Shown one piece after another: positions 31,086 through 42,125 of a stretch of DNA of 64,000 bases. Each line of letters begins with the position of its first letter. Position 1 is the first letter of the stretch. Source of the stretch: Opitutales bacterium (GTDB lineage Bacteria > Verrucomicrobiota > Verrucomicrobiia > Opitutales > UBA2987); the NCBI GenBank assembly GCA_965226885.1, contig CBDDEL010000017.1, forward strand, positions 224,001 through 288,000, given 5' to 3'. The notes under the pieces were generated by a model. That model was not told the DNA's origin and searched no databases. It was given only the letters and a program-made list of their open reading frames with translations. Both the position numbers and the translations under genes were made by a program.

Positions 31086-32594
31086 ATGATGAACGAAGAA
31101 GAACAGTTACAATCACATGACGGACGGGAAATGTCGGATGATGAAATCCGCGTGGACGAAGCCGGTCCGGAGCGAATCACTGAACCGGCTCGAGAGATTC
31201 CGGTATCCTACGATGTCGATGTCATTGTCGCCGGTGGCGGCATTTCTGGCATTTTCGCCGCCATCGCGGCAGGGCGAATGGGTGCTAAAACTTTACTCAT
31301 CGACCGCTTCGGCACAATCGGGGGAAACATGGGGCCCGGGATGTTCGTCGGCGGGAGCCTCGACGGGTATGTTTTTTCCAAGAACGAACCCGACCGCACG
31401 CCCAATCCCGACGGCTCTCCGCGCAAGGAACAATTAATCGTTAAAGATCCAGCCGTGTGCGGAGGATTTACGGGCATCCCGCATGAATTTGTGGAATACT
31501 ACGGCTATCACGGCGGCGGCAGGCCTCCCTACCGGCCGATGCACTATATGCGCGACTCGTTGATCGCATCCCACACCGCCATGGAAATGCTGGAAGAAGC
31601 CGGAGTGGATATTCTGGTTTCGGCTTATGTTTCCGATCCCATCATGGAAGGAAATCGCGTGGCAGGCCTATTTTACGAAGGCAAAGGGGGCCGTCATGCG
31701 GCACGGGCAAAAGTGGTCATCGACGCCACCGGAGAGGCGGATGTGGCCCGGAGGGCCGGAGCCCCAGCAATTTACCCCAAGGAAACCTATAACAAATGGG
31801 ATTCCCACTCTCCTGCCGGTATGGGGATTTGGGCGGTGATCGCGGGCATTGATGCGGAGCGATTCGACGCCTACATCGAGAAAGTAGAAACACCTTATGA
31901 ACTGGAAAAACGCGATGTTCCGGGAATCGGCAAAATGGCGATTATCGGCCATCCGCCCAACTACTATGGGAAAATATTATACCGGGATGAAGGACTGCTG
32001 GGAACCAGAGTGCAGGTAATGCGCCCACACCAGAGGATCGATGCCAGCAACGCCAAGCATATCGCTAAAATGGAAGTCGAGGTCCGCAAATACCTTTTCG
32101 ATTCCGCCCACGCCTTGAAGGCTAACGTGCCGGGTTATGAAAATTCTTACCTCATGATGGTTTCCCCATACCTGGCGGTGCGGGGCGGTCCTTGCATCGA
32201 GGGGGAATACACCCTGACCTGGGAAGATTGCATGGAGGGAAAGCGTTTCGACGACGTAACCTATGTTTATGGCGAGACCAGGGCCTTTCACCGCACCCGC
32301 ATGAAATATGGCGAACCGCGGTGGACGGACGTGCCTTACCGCGTCATGGTGCCGAAAAAAATCGATGGGCTCCTGGCCGTCGGCAGGGCCGCTTCCGGTG
32401 TGCCCGACACGCTTTTACGCAATCGCATGGGCGTCATGCACATGGGTCAAGCCTGCGGAACGGCCGCCGCTCTTTGCGCCAAAAACGACTGCACACCCCG
32501 CGATCTGGACGTTCACTCCTTGCAGGAACGCCTGATCGACGACGGATTCTATCTGGGCAACCGGGCTCGCTTGCGCGAACTAAAAATCAGTTGA
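31086..32594 (+). CDS. FAD-dependent oxidoreductase (FAD_oxidored family)
   Basis: DVIVAGGGISG, IDATGEAD, VPYRVMVP..IDGLL and MGQACGTAA motifs. Confidence 0.9.
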   Translation: MMNEEEQLQSHDGREMSDDEIRVDEAGPERITEPAREIPVSYDVDVIVAGGGISGIFAAIAAGRMGAKTLLIDRFGTIGGNMGPGMFVGGSLDGYVFSKNEPDRTPNPDGSPRKEQLIVKDPAVCGGFTGIPHEFVEYYGYHGGGRPPYRPMHYMRDSLIASHTAMEMLEEAGVDILVSAYVSDPIMEGNRVAGLFYEGKGGRHAARAKVVIDATGEADVARRAGAPAIYPKETYNKWDSHSPAGMGIWAVIAGIDAERFDAYIEKVETPYELEKRDVPGIGKMAIIGHPPNYYGKILYRDEGLLGTRVQVMRPHQRIDASNAKHIAKMEVEVRKYLFDSAHALKANVPGYENSYLMMVSPYLAVRGGPCIEGEYTLTWEDCMEGKRFDDVTYVYGETRAFHRTRMKYGEPRWTDVPYRVMVPKKIDGLLAVGRAASGVPDTLLRNRMGVMHMGQACGTAAALCAKNDCTPRDLDVHSLQERLIDDGFYLGNRARLRELKIS

Positions 32595-32631
32595 ACATGG
32601 CAAAGCAAAACAGGCTGTTTTGATTGCGCGC

Positions 32632-35361
32632 ATGGGAAACAAAAAACAGTCATGGAAAATTGAAGGATTCGAAGCCTTCGCCCGTGGCTCGTTTGGCAAC
32701 AGCGGTCAAAACCTCTATGTTTCACGAGCCGGTATTTTGCAGCGCATTTACCAATATGATTTGACCGGAAACGGCTATGTGGACTTGGTCTTCTGCAATA
32801 GCCAATCGCATTTTGAAAAACCAGATTCGCTTGTCTATTCCGATCTCTTGGGTAACTGCCACTGCCGCGGTATCCGCACCCATGGCTGCCGGGCGGCCAC
32901 CGTGGCCGATTTAAATGGCGACGGCTACGACGATCTCGTTCTAGGCCATATCAAAGACGGATTGGCCACCGACCTCAATGCCTTCATCTATTACGGCTCC
33001 CCCCAAGGATTGACGGAGAATTACCACACCGAAATTCCAGCCCCCGGCTGCACCGCCGTTGCGGCGGGTGATTTTAATGGAGATGGCAGGATCGATTTGG
33101 CATTCATCACGAGGGGAAAACTGAGAATCTTTTACCAGACAGAACTGGGTTTTGAACTGAAAAAATTCACGGATTTTGACATCCAAGGACAGCAACTGGA
33201 TGCCTACGACCTGGATGAGGATGGATTTTTTGAATTGCTCATCCGATCCACCGATGGAACCGTAACGATTTATTGGGGAGGAACGGATGGCTTTCAGGAA
33301 TCTCGGAAAACAGAGATTCCCGCCTCAATAATGAACAGTTTTGTTAATGAAGAGGAATCGGTGGATGACGGCGCGGATGTATCGGATGAAGAGTTCGTGG
33401 CCGATGCGGATCCTCTCCTAAAAGTGATAGGCTTGGCGGGAAAACCGCATGTTTTCTGTCCATTTGCGCAAACCGTTTTATTAATCCCGGTAGATGCTGA
33501 AAGGAGCTTCGGAACACCGTTGGAATTTCGAGTGAGAAAGGCATATTCGGTGGCGGCAGGCGATGTTAACGGCAACGGTTTTACCGATCTCGTCTTCGCC
33601 TCTCGGGACAAATGCGATGGGACGGAATGCTCCTGGATTTATTGGTGTGGCGAAGAGGGTTATTCGGAGTTGAGAAGGGAGCATTTGCCCAGCAGCAGAG
33701 CAGCCGATGTTGCCGTGGCCGATCTCAACGGCAATGGTTTCTCAGATATTTTAATTGTCCAGAATCGCGATGCGGAATCTTTCACCACAGAGTCACTGAT
33801 TTATCCAGGAAACATGAATGGGTTAAGTTTCAAACCGGTTCGCCTCGTCTCTCACGATGCCCGCAGAGGATTCATCGCCCGAACTAGCGATGAGGAACTT
33901 CCCCAGGTAATCTTGACCAGCAATTTCGCCCGCAGCGCATCCGATGACTTAAAAAGCTGCATTTATTTTGGCTCCAAAGAAGGTTACTCGGCTGAAAATA
34001 AAAAGGAGATTCCCAGCTGGGGCGCCTTCAGCATGCTTTATGCCGACCTCAACGACGACGGTTTGGCCGATCTGGTTTTTGCCAACGGCAGTGAATTTTC
34101 AGCCCTTAAAGATCCGGGCTCCTATCTTTATTATAACAGCAATGACGGCATCGGAGACCGTCCAGACCAGGTGCTACCGACATCCGCCGGCACCGTAGCG
34201 GTTTGCGCAGACCTTGATCGTAACGGTTATCTCGACCTCGTGATGTGCGGTTTCCGAAGTCCGGAAGTGTTAATTTTTCCGGGAGGGCTCAACGGCTTCC
34301 AGGTTGATGATAAAATAACCATTCCCCTGGAACATGGGGGCAAGCCCTACGGTTTCCTATTTTCCCTTTTCCTCGTCGATCTGACGGGCGACGGCTGGTT
34401 GGACATGATCGTGGGCGGAGGAGTTGCCGACATGGCTCTCATTTTGTGGGGCAGGCCGGAGGGTTTTTCGGTGGCCAGGAGCCGAGCCCTGGCCACTTAC
34501 ATGCCCCGAACCATCACTGCCGCAGATCTCAGCGGAAATGGTTATCCCGACTTGATAATCGGTGGCAGAAACCCTCAGCTAACGGGTCCTCACGACGCTT
34601 TTCTGTATGTCTATTGGAATGGGCCGGAGGGCCTCCGAGAAGACCGGCGCACAATGCTTCCCGTGAAATCCACGAACGGGCTGGCGGTCGCGGATTTTAA
34701 TAACGATGGCAGTCTCGATATTTTTGCCGGCTCCTACGCCGACGGACGCGAGAGGGACCTGGAAAGCTACATCTACTGGAATCGACCTGGGCACGGGTTC
34801 ACCCTCCTGGATCGTTTGTGCCTGCAAACCCATGCCGTGGGCGGGTGCCTGGCCGCCGATTTCAATGAAAACGGCTGGGTTGACCTGGCGGTGGCGAATC
34901 ACAAGGTTCTGGGCGACCACAAGGGATATTCCGAAATCTGGTGGAACGGCCCGGACGGCTTCAATGTCTCCCGCACAGCTCAGTTGCCAACCTTAGGCGC
35001 TCGAGGCCCTTCGATAAATCATCCCGGCAACATTCTGGACCGGGGGGCGGAGGAATACTATGTTTCCGAACCCTTTTCGTTACCGGCAGACTCTTTCGTC
35101 GAAGGCATTACATGGAAAGCGAAAATTCCACAAAAAACCTGGGTTAAAGCACAGTTGCGAGTGGCAAATGATGCCGGCGAGCTGGAAAGGCTTCCCTGGC
35201 TGGGGCAGAACGGAGCGAATTCCTGGTGGGAAAAAGATGGAAGCGATTCCGGAATAGAATTATCGGGACGCTGCGTTCAGTTTCGGCTCGCCCTGGGAGC
35301 CATTAACTCCTGTTCGTCGCCTCGAATTAGTTCCGTTAGTGTTAATTATCGCGTTAAATAG
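32632..35361 (+). CDS. FG-GAP/VCBS repeat beta-propeller protein
   Basis: More than 10 repeats of AD(L/F)NGDG..DL. Confidence 0.9.
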   Translation: MGNKKQSWKIEGFEAFARGSFGNSGQNLYVSRAGILQRIYQYDLTGNGYVDLVFCNSQSHFEKPDSLVYSDLLGNCHCRGIRTHGCRAATVADLNGDGYDDLVLGHIKDGLATDLNAFIYYGSPQGLTENYHTEIPAPGCTAVAAGDFNGDGRIDLAFITRGKLRIFYQTELGFELKKFTDFDIQGQQLDAYDLDEDGFFELLIRSTDGTVTIYWGGTDGFQESRKTEIPASIMNSFVNEEESVDDGADVSDEEFVADADPLLKVIGLAGKPHVFCPFAQTVLLIPVDAERSFGTPLEFRVRKAYSVAAGDVNGNGFTDLVFASRDKCDGTECSWIYWCGEEGYSELRREHLPSSRAADVAVADLNGNGFSDILIVQNRDAESFTTESLIYPGNMNGLSFKPVRLVSHDARRGFIARTSDEELPQVILTSNFARSASDDLKSCIYFGSKEGYSAENKKEIPSWGAFSMLYADLNDDGLADLVFANGSEFSALKDPGSYLYYNSNDGIGDRPDQVLPTSAGTVAVCADLDRNGYLDLVMCGFRSPEVLIFPGGLNGFQVDDKITIPLEHGGKPYGFLFSLFLVDLTGDGWLDMIVGGGVADMALILWGRPEGFSVARSRALATYMPRTITAADLSGNGYPDLIIGGRNPQLTGPHDAFLYVYWNGPEGLREDRRTMLPVKSTNGLAVADFNNDGSLDIFAGSYADGRERDLESYIYWNRPGHGFTLLDRLCLQTHAVGGCLAADFNENGWVDLAVANHKVLGDHKGYSEIWWNGPDGFNVSRTAQLPTLGARGPSINHPGNILDRGAEEYYVSEPFSLPADSFVEGITWKAKIPQKTWVKAQLRVANDAGELERLPWLGQNGANSWWEKDGSDSGIELSGRCVQFRLALGAINSCSSPRISSVSVNYRVK

Positions 35362-36900
35362 ATGAGTTCAACAATTACCGTAGAAAAGGGAGAACCTCAG
35401 CTCTTCGTTGACGATTTACTCATTGAATCGCAGGAAAATCTTAAAAGAACCCTGCACCAGCCGAAAAAGGATAACGGCGGCAATTTTCCCATCCTGCAAT
35501 TACCGCCTGATTTTTTCGGTGATATTCTCGGGACATTGATGGCTAACGGCACCATCGGTTACGATCCGAAAATCAACAAATACGTTATGTTCGCGCTGGC
35601 CTGGGATGCAAAAGCTGTCGATGGCTGGAAAAGGGTAAAATTATTGCGCTACACTTCAGACGACGGCCTTGGCTGGAACACCAATCCCGATGGTTCCTGC
35701 GAGGTTGTTTACCCCATATCGCAAAAAGAAGTGCAATACGGAAAGTCTCTGCAAGAAACTTTTCACCTAGATCTTTTTTCCTGCCACTATGATTTGACTA
35801 ACGAAAAATACCCCTACCAGGGTTGGATCTTTCTGCGCGGGCGCGAGGAGGAAACGGGAATTTATCACATGCGGTCGACAGATGGAAAAAAATGGAAACG
35901 AGGACGTCTTGTGTTGCAACGATTTACACGTGAATTGAGGCAGGACGGGACATTCCTGATGGGGCCGGGCGATGTCTCCCTTTTTTCAGCAGATGCCAAG
36001 TCAAACCGGTTCTTGGGAAGTTTTAAATTCCAGAATTTTAAAGGAAAAGGCACAGAACATCTGCTACGCTCACGTGCCTATTTGTTTGTCGATCGGCTTG
36101 ATGCACTCATTGATCCCCGGAAATTTAAACGCGTCGATCAGGTGCCGCCACAGAAAAAACATAATGGGGATGAACCAAACGACGAATACTATGCCTCGAC
36201 GGCCTGGCGTTACGGTTCTCATTGGCTGGGCGGCCTGAAAGTATTTCACGTCAATAGCGACTATCCATATTCTTCTTCGGGATGCGCCTTTCTGAAAATG
36301 CATTGTAGCAGAAATGGATTGAACTGGAATAAACTACCCTTTGAAAATGATGATGGGGTTGCCGAAATTTTCTTGGCCAACGGCAAAGAGGGTGACCATA
36401 ACGGCCTCAATGATGGAGGATATCTAACGGAATTTACAAACGCTCCATTAATAATTAATAATGAATTGATTTTTTATTACGGAAACTCCTCCTACGGAAA
36501 AAATCACCCTGACGGTGTGCGAATGACGGGCGGAGGAATATTCCGCGCAAGATTAAAGAGAGATGGTTTTGTCTCGGTCGATAACGGTTCGCTGACGACG
36601 CATCCCTTCAATCTGCCGGGAAATGATCTTTATATAAACCATTGCGGAGAAATCCAAGTGAATGTCCTCAATCAATCGGGAAAACTGATTGCTTCGAGCA
36701 TAATAACCAGCAACGATTCAAGCATGGATACACCTGTTTTGTTTAGTCGAAAATCTCTTAAAAATCTTTTCCAGAAATCGACTCAAACAAAAAATATTTC
36801 AATTAAATTGCAAATTAATATCAAAGAGGGAAATGGGGAAATCACTTCTACTCATTCTATATTAAATAGTTATGCTATTCATTTTTTGTATTTTTTTTAA
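35362..36900 (+). CDS. glycoside-hydrolase-like five-bladed beta-propeller protein (C-terminus frameshifted)
   Basis: QLFVDD.LIE, S.DG..W repeats, ELIFYYG and LKRDGFVS motifs. Confidence 0.7.
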   Translation: MSSTITVEKGEPQLFVDDLLIESQENLKRTLHQPKKDNGGNFPILQLPPDFFGDILGTLMANGTIGYDPKINKYVMFALAWDAKAVDGWKRVKLLRYTSDDGLGWNTNPDGSCEVVYPISQKEVQYGKSLQETFHLDLFSCHYDLTNEKYPYQGWIFLRGREEETGIYHMRSTDGKKWKRGRLVLQRFTRELRQDGTFLMGPGDVSLFSADAKSNRFLGSFKFQNFKGKGTEHLLRSRAYLFVDRLDALIDPRKFKRVDQVPPQKKHNGDEPNDEYYASTAWRYGSHWLGGLKVFHVNSDYPYSSSGCAFLKMHCSRNGLNWNKLPFENDDGVAEIFLANGKEGDHNGLNDGGYLTEFTNAPLIINNELIFYYGNSSYGKNHPDGVRMTGGGIFRARLKRDGFVSVDNGSLTTHPFNLPGNDLYINHCGEIQVNVLNQSGKLIASSIITSNDSSMDTPVLFSRKSLKNLFQKSTQTKNISIKLQINIKEGNGEITSTHSILNSYAIHFLYFF

Positions 36901-37134
36901 TTTCAATCTAGCCCTGAAATTTACTATTTATATAATTTTATCTAAAAATTACTTTCCTCACCAGATGCCTCACCAGATGCGCTTTGCAAGAAGACGGGGG
37001 ACTGGTGATTCTGATGGAACTATCAATGTCCGTGTTTAGAATTGTAACATTTCCGCTGGGAAGATGTTGTTTTCTACTCATCTCGATAAACGGAAATGAT
37101 TTCCAAAAATATTCGATGGCACTTTTGATTTCAT

Positions 37135-38030
37135 ATGAGCAAAGACACGCATAAGAAGAAAGTTTTGATAACTGGCACATCAGGCTTGGTTGGCGGGGCA
37201 GTCTGGAACTGGATGGCCGGTTTTCCCGATAGGTACGATCTTTATGCGCTGGACCGGAGTGAGCACCAGTCGGACCGTACCATAGATGCCTCGCGGCCGG
37301 AAATTCCAGAGGGCCGGTTTTTTCGGACCGATATTTCAGATATTGAAGCGGTCAAACGGGTTATGCGTGGAATGGATGCTGTAGCGCACTTGGCAGCCGA
37401 TCCTAGACCACACGCTCCATGGGAGGTTCTTTTGAAGAGCAATATCATTGGCGTGTATAATATTTTAGAGGCGGGGCGGGAATGCGGCGTCAAGCGCGTT
37501 GTGTTCGCGAGTTCGATCATGGTTTCGTCCGGTTACCGGAAATCGGAGCCGTATTGTTCCTACAAGGAAGGCGTTTATGGTGATGCGTCGGGACCGTTTC
37601 CTTATCTCAGAGCAGATGCTCCCTCGCGGCCGGACACCATCCCGAGGCCCTATGCGAGCACCAAGCTCTGGGGCGAAGCACTTGCCCTGTAAACCGCGTA
37701 GACTGCTGCGTTCCTGATAGACTCGAAGGATCATTTCTTTTTGCTCTTCGGTGTATTTCACCGGTATATGGTTCGGAAGCTTACGGGATGTCGGCGATGT
37801 GTATACGGATCGGGAGTGTAACCGCGGCCAACACACCTATAGGCCGCAACAAAGACGTGTGGTGCAGCTTCCGCGATATCGGACAATTGTTTCAATGCTG
37901 TATCGAAGCTCCTGATACGGTCAAATTCGATGTTTTTTACAGCATATCTAACAGCCGTTACGGCTGGGTGGATATCGAACACGCTCGCAAGACCGTGGGT
38001 TATCAACCTCAAGATACAGTTGAAATTTGA
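37135..38030 (+). pseudogene. NAD-dependent epimerase/dehydratase interrupted by a 75-bp IS1 fragment
   Basis: ITGTSGLVG, HLAA and YASTK motifs in the 5' part; CIRIG and ARKTVGYQPQD in the 3' part; insert at 37687-37761. Confidence 0.85.
37687..37761 (-). mobile_element. internal IS1 fragment without ends
   Basis: Exact reverse complement of 21985-22059. Confidence 0.9.
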
Positions 38031-38138
38031 AAACAGGTTGGACGAAATCCAGATGACTAAATGATTGAAGCCTACTTCGGTTCACTCGAAAAGCCGGGCC
38101 AATCAGAACCTTCTGTTTTCCCTCGCAAGTCTGAAGTT

Positions 38139-38636
38139 TCAGGAACCTTTTTGCCTCGCGGCAATTTTACGGAAAATACCTGGTCCATGAATTTGACGAA
38201 GCATTTTCCGCCGGAGGGCCACGGCGAGTTTTAATGCTTTTTCCTCCCCATATTTGCGAATCGAGATGGAAGTTGCCTTCTGAACTCCAGGAGCAGGCCT
38301 CCAACTGACCGAATAAACTTCGTGTATTGTCCCGTTAGGAGATTGTTTCGCTATGCGACTGACTCCCAACACACCGGTAGTATTGCGCACATCGCGGTAT
38401 ACGATCCTTCGGCCCCGAGGCTTGGTGGGAATTTGGGCCAGCTTTTCGTAAAGCTTATCGCGATAATCTCGCGCTGCCGCTTGCGCCTTTCTTTTTCCCC
38501 CGCACTTTAGGTCGCTGAAAAGTTTTGAGTAGGTTTTCCCATTTTTGTAACCTCTCACAAACCATCCGTGGGTTGAACCCGAATCAATGCGGCTGATTCC
38601 CTTGTTTTGGGGATTTTTCCTTTTTCTTTTTGCCAT
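38139..38636 (-). CDS. tandem AP2-domain DNA-binding protein (paralog 2)
   Basis: Close paralog of 7124-7630 with the same two AP2-like repeats. Confidence 0.75.
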   Translation of the reverse strand: MAKRKRKNPQNKGISRIDSGSTHGWFVRGYKNGKTYSKLFSDLKCGGKRKAQAAARDYRDKLYEKLAQIPTKPRGRRIVYRDVRNTTGVLGVSRIAKQSPNGTIHEVYSVSWRPAPGVQKATSISIRKYGEEKALKLAVALRRKMLRQIHGPGIFRKIAARQKGS

Positions 38637-38731
38637 AACCTAGCTGATATAATAATTTAATTACTTGATATAATACTTATATTGCTCCTTCCAATAAGCT
38701 TTGGCAATCGTTTCTTCTGAATATCTGCTAG

Positions 38732-40298
38732 CCCGGATATTTCATGAAGGGTAAAGTTTGGCTCGTTATTGCTATTGGAGATGGATTTCTTTGTATTTTG
38801 AGCAGATCGTCTTGATTTTTAGGTGTTTTTCAGGGTGTAGAGACACTGCCCCCTTTCCCCCATTGGTTCGGTAGTGCCGGGGGCAGCACCAATGCACCCT
38901 TTAGGTTGGCACCAATCGGCGGGCCGCATGGTTGAAAAGACTGGCCCAAGGATAACTCTCACTTAGGTGAAAGTGAATCGTTCGGGTGTTGCGCACGATG
39001 ACCGCTCCGATCTTGATTAATTTGAGCCGCAGGGTGTGGCATTGGGCCCGCGCCCACTTCGTCCCTTTTAAGGCTAACCGGCGCATGGCTTCCATCAAGG
39101 TGTAGGCCAGCGCCGACAAGAGCAATCGGCACTGATTGGCCCACCATTGATGGGCGCTGGTGCGCTCGCTGAACAATTGCATCTGTTCCTTGATTCGGTT
39201 CTCCATTTCACCGCGGCCACAGTATACCTTGTCGTAAAGCTCCTGGGGATCGCCCGGCAGGTTCGTCACCACGAAGCGCGGGTTGGACCCCTGTGCGGTG
39301 TGTTCGGCTTTATGGATGACCAACCGCAGCCATCGCCACGAATCGGCAGCATAGACGAAGTCCTGGAATAACCGTTGTTTTTTACCCCTTAGTTCGAACC
39401 ATTCTTTGGCCTGCTTTTGCAACTGCTGGGCGTCTTGCTGCAAGCGTGCATTGCGAGCCATCCCCACGATGTAACTAACTTCGTTGCGGTCGCACCAAGA
39501 GAGTATCCGGTCTCGACAAAATCCACTGTCGGCGCGCCAAATAATCCGCGTACGGGGCCAGCTTTGGCGAATCCGTTTAACCAGCAATTTGAGGATGGCC
39601 CCGGCATGCTTGCTGGCATCGATCTTGCTCGGCCGCAGGTAGGCCACCAGCAGCTGATCACCGCAAAAAACATATAGCGGCAGAAAACAGTAATGATCAT
39701 AATAACCGTGGAAAAAACGTCCCTCCTGGAGCCCGTGCACCGGATTGTCGGTGCCGTCAAAGTCCAGGATGATCTCTTCGGGTTCCTCGGCAAAGGAGCC
39801 CATGAACTGTTCGACCAACAGCTCGTTTACCGCAAAGGCCGCCCGCCGATCCTGCCCGTTTTCAAAACGACACAAAGTCGGCGCGCTGGCCAACGTTTCA
39901 ATGCGCCCCGTTACCGTTTGCAACAATGGATCGTGGCGCAGGGTATCAAAGTCGTTCAAATCCTCATAGCCCGCCACCAGCCCGTAAACGCGCTGCCGCA
40001 GCATCCCCAAGACCTCATGGCGTACTTTGCCCTTCTGCCGTTTGTCCACTAACTGTCGGGCCGCTCGTTCGGTCAAGCCCAACTGCCGATCCACTTCCCG
40101 GATCAAAAGCAGTCCGGCATCCGAAGTAACCTCTCCGCCCTTGAAATCAACCCCCACACGGCGGCCTTTTACCCTTGTCAACTGTAGCTTTAATTGTTTA
40201 CCTTTTGTCATCGCTGATATTGCTTTAATTATTGATCTATCCTGCTGTATATCAGCAGTTAAGCATATCAACGATACTTTTTTTACGAAATATCCGGG
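38732..40298 (-). mobile_element. IS1380-family element, copy 2
   Basis: IRs CCCGGATATTTC/GAAATATCCGGG with CTAG TSD (38728-38731 and 40299-40302). Confidence 0.95.
38901..40211 (-). CDS. IS1380-family transposase
   Basis: Full-length homolog of 7725-9035. Confidence 0.93.
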   Translation of the reverse strand: MTKGKQLKLQLTRVKGRRVGVDFKGGEVTSDAGLLLIREVDRQLGLTERAARQLVDKRQKGKVRHEVLGMLRQRVYGLVAGYEDLNDFDTLRHDPLLQTVTGRIETLASAPTLCRFENGQDRRAAFAVNELLVEQFMGSFAEEPEEIILDFDGTDNPVHGLQEGRFFHGYYDHYCFLPLYVFCGDQLLVAYLRPSKIDASKHAGAILKLLVKRIRQSWPRTRIIWRADSGFCRDRILSWCDRNEVSYIVGMARNARLQQDAQQLQKQAKEWFELRGKKQRLFQDFVYAADSWRWLRLVIHKAEHTAQGSNPRFVVTNLPGDPQELYDKVYCGRGEMENRIKEQMQLFSERTSAHQWWANQCRLLLSALAYTLMEAMRRLALKGTKWARAQCHTLRLKLIKIGAVIVRNTRTIHFHLSESYPWASLFNHAARRLVPT

Positions 40299-40558
40299 CT
40301 AGCGGCGCTGTACCACAGGGAAAGAACTTACTCCTCAATTGTAGAGTAGAGTAGACGAAATTTAAAAAAAAGACCGATTAAACCCTGCGAGAAGTCGGCT
40401 ACTTGCTGGTTTAATCTTCAATCGATAGAGATTACCCCGCGATGTCCAGAGTAAAAAAATCGCCTTCCGGCCCGCTATTTTAAACGGATTTCAAGGTTTT
40501 TAAGGAATAATCTCTGTTAGAACATTATTCTGCGAAGGGACACCAGGTTTTAAAAATC

Positions 40559-40635
<77 letters not shown>

Positions 40636-40977
40636 GAAATTAATAGCTTATTATCAACGATTTACAAATTTTTCCCTTAAAAAGGCGTCAGTTTTGTTAA
40701 TCTGAACGAACCGTAAATTCTGTTGAATTAAGCTAATTTGCGTCGAATCTGCTCCAGGTCAATTGTATTGTTTTAATCTACCACCTTTTTGAAGGAATGG
40801 CGAAAAAACCCAGGATAGCCTTGATCAACTTCAAAAATTTCCAGACTATCATGCCCCCATCCAATTTCAGTTTCGTTTGCTCCTGCTGAAGAGAACGGGG
40901 TAACTGTTGACAGTCAAATAAAACGGCGGTTATTTGGGAAGAGAAAATAATGCGGCAGAGGAGAACTTCACAAAAAA

Positions 40978-42096
40978 ATGATCATAATTAATATTAAGAC
41001 CACATTGTTGGTAAACGCTTGTTTCATTCTATTAACCTCAAGCATTTATGCGAAGGGACAGGAGATGTGGCACAAGGGTAATACTCATGCCCATACCACA
41101 CTTAGCGGGCACGCTGATTCGAGTCCTGAGGCAGTTGCTAAATGGTACCACGACCACGGATACAATTTTCTTATTCTGAGCGAACATAATATCTTTATCG
41201 ATCCATCTACGGTGAAACCGCCAAAAAACGCGCGGGAAGACTTTATCCTCATACCGGGTGAAGAAATTACCGGGCATCTGCGTGTCCATAGCACAGCGAT
41301 TAATATACCCAAACTTATCGATTGGACATTCCAGAGCGAGAGCGTGGCCGCTGTTATCCAAAACCATTTGGATAATACCAAGGCGTTGGGTGGGGAGCAT
41401 ATTCTCAATCATCCAACCTACCGCTATGCTGTCACTGCCGAAGATATGAAACAAGTCAAGGGTTTGCACTTGTTCGAGCTGCACAATGGGCACCCCAATA
41501 CCTATCGACACACCCATGAAGTGGATGAAGGGTATGTAACCACCGAAGACATGTGGGATGATATGCTGACTTCCGGCCTTGTCGTCTATGGGGTTTCCTC
41601 GGACGACACTCATACGCTAAAGGAATGGGAAACCGAGGCGAGCAATCCCGGTCGAGGCTGGATAATGGTTCGATCCAGGAGTTTGACGCCAGAGAGTATC
41701 ACAAAAGATATACGAGCCGGAAATTTCTATGCCACCAGCGGTGTCATTCTCAGTCGAGTCGATGCATCGGAAGATACCTATTCTGTCGAGGTGGATCGCA
41801 GTGCCACTATGGAGGAATTAAATTCTCCCTATAACCTGGGGCGAAAGCTTCCCGATGCCACGGGTGGATTCTTGATCGAGTTCATCGGTCCCACCGGATA
41901 TGTCGTCAAACACATTCATGGGACAAAAGGAACCTTTCGTATTCGACCGGAAAATGCCTACATCCGTTGCCGGGTTACCTACACACGACGTGCAACCCAT
42001 GGGTTTGAACAGTTTTTTGCCTGGACACAGCCTGCTTTTACGGACGACCGGTTGGCCAGAACGCAGGCCGAGGACCACGATTATTTTGGCGAGTAA
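40978..42096 (+). CDS. secreted PHP-domain (CehA/McbA-like) metallohydrolase
   Basis: Signal peptide, KGNTHAHT, LSEHN, GEE, NHP and SDDTH metal-ligand motifs. Confidence 0.85.
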   Translation: MIIINIKTTLLVNACFILLTSSIYAKGQEMWHKGNTHAHTTLSGHADSSPEAVAKWYHDHGYNFLILSEHNIFIDPSTVKPPKNAREDFILIPGEEITGHLRVHSTAINIPKLIDWTFQSESVAAVIQNHLDNTKALGGEHILNHPTYRYAVTAEDMKQVKGLHLFELHNGHPNTYRHTHEVDEGYVTTEDMWDDMLTSGLVVYGVSSDDTHTLKEWETEASNPGRGWIMVRSRSLTPESITKDIRAGNFYATSGVILSRVDASEDTYSVEVDRSATMEELNSPYNLGRKLPDATGGFLIEFIGPTGYVVKHIHGTKGTFRIRPENAYIRCRVTYTRRATHGFEQFFAWTQPAFTDDRLARTQAEDHDYFGE

Positions 42097-42125
42097 TTAA
42101 TAAATTACAAAAGTCAAAATATTGG

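Noticed and set aside
30000..40558. Genomic island integrated at the tRNA-Arg 3' end
   Set aside because: I found no integrase and no duplicate of the tRNA 3' end by eye.
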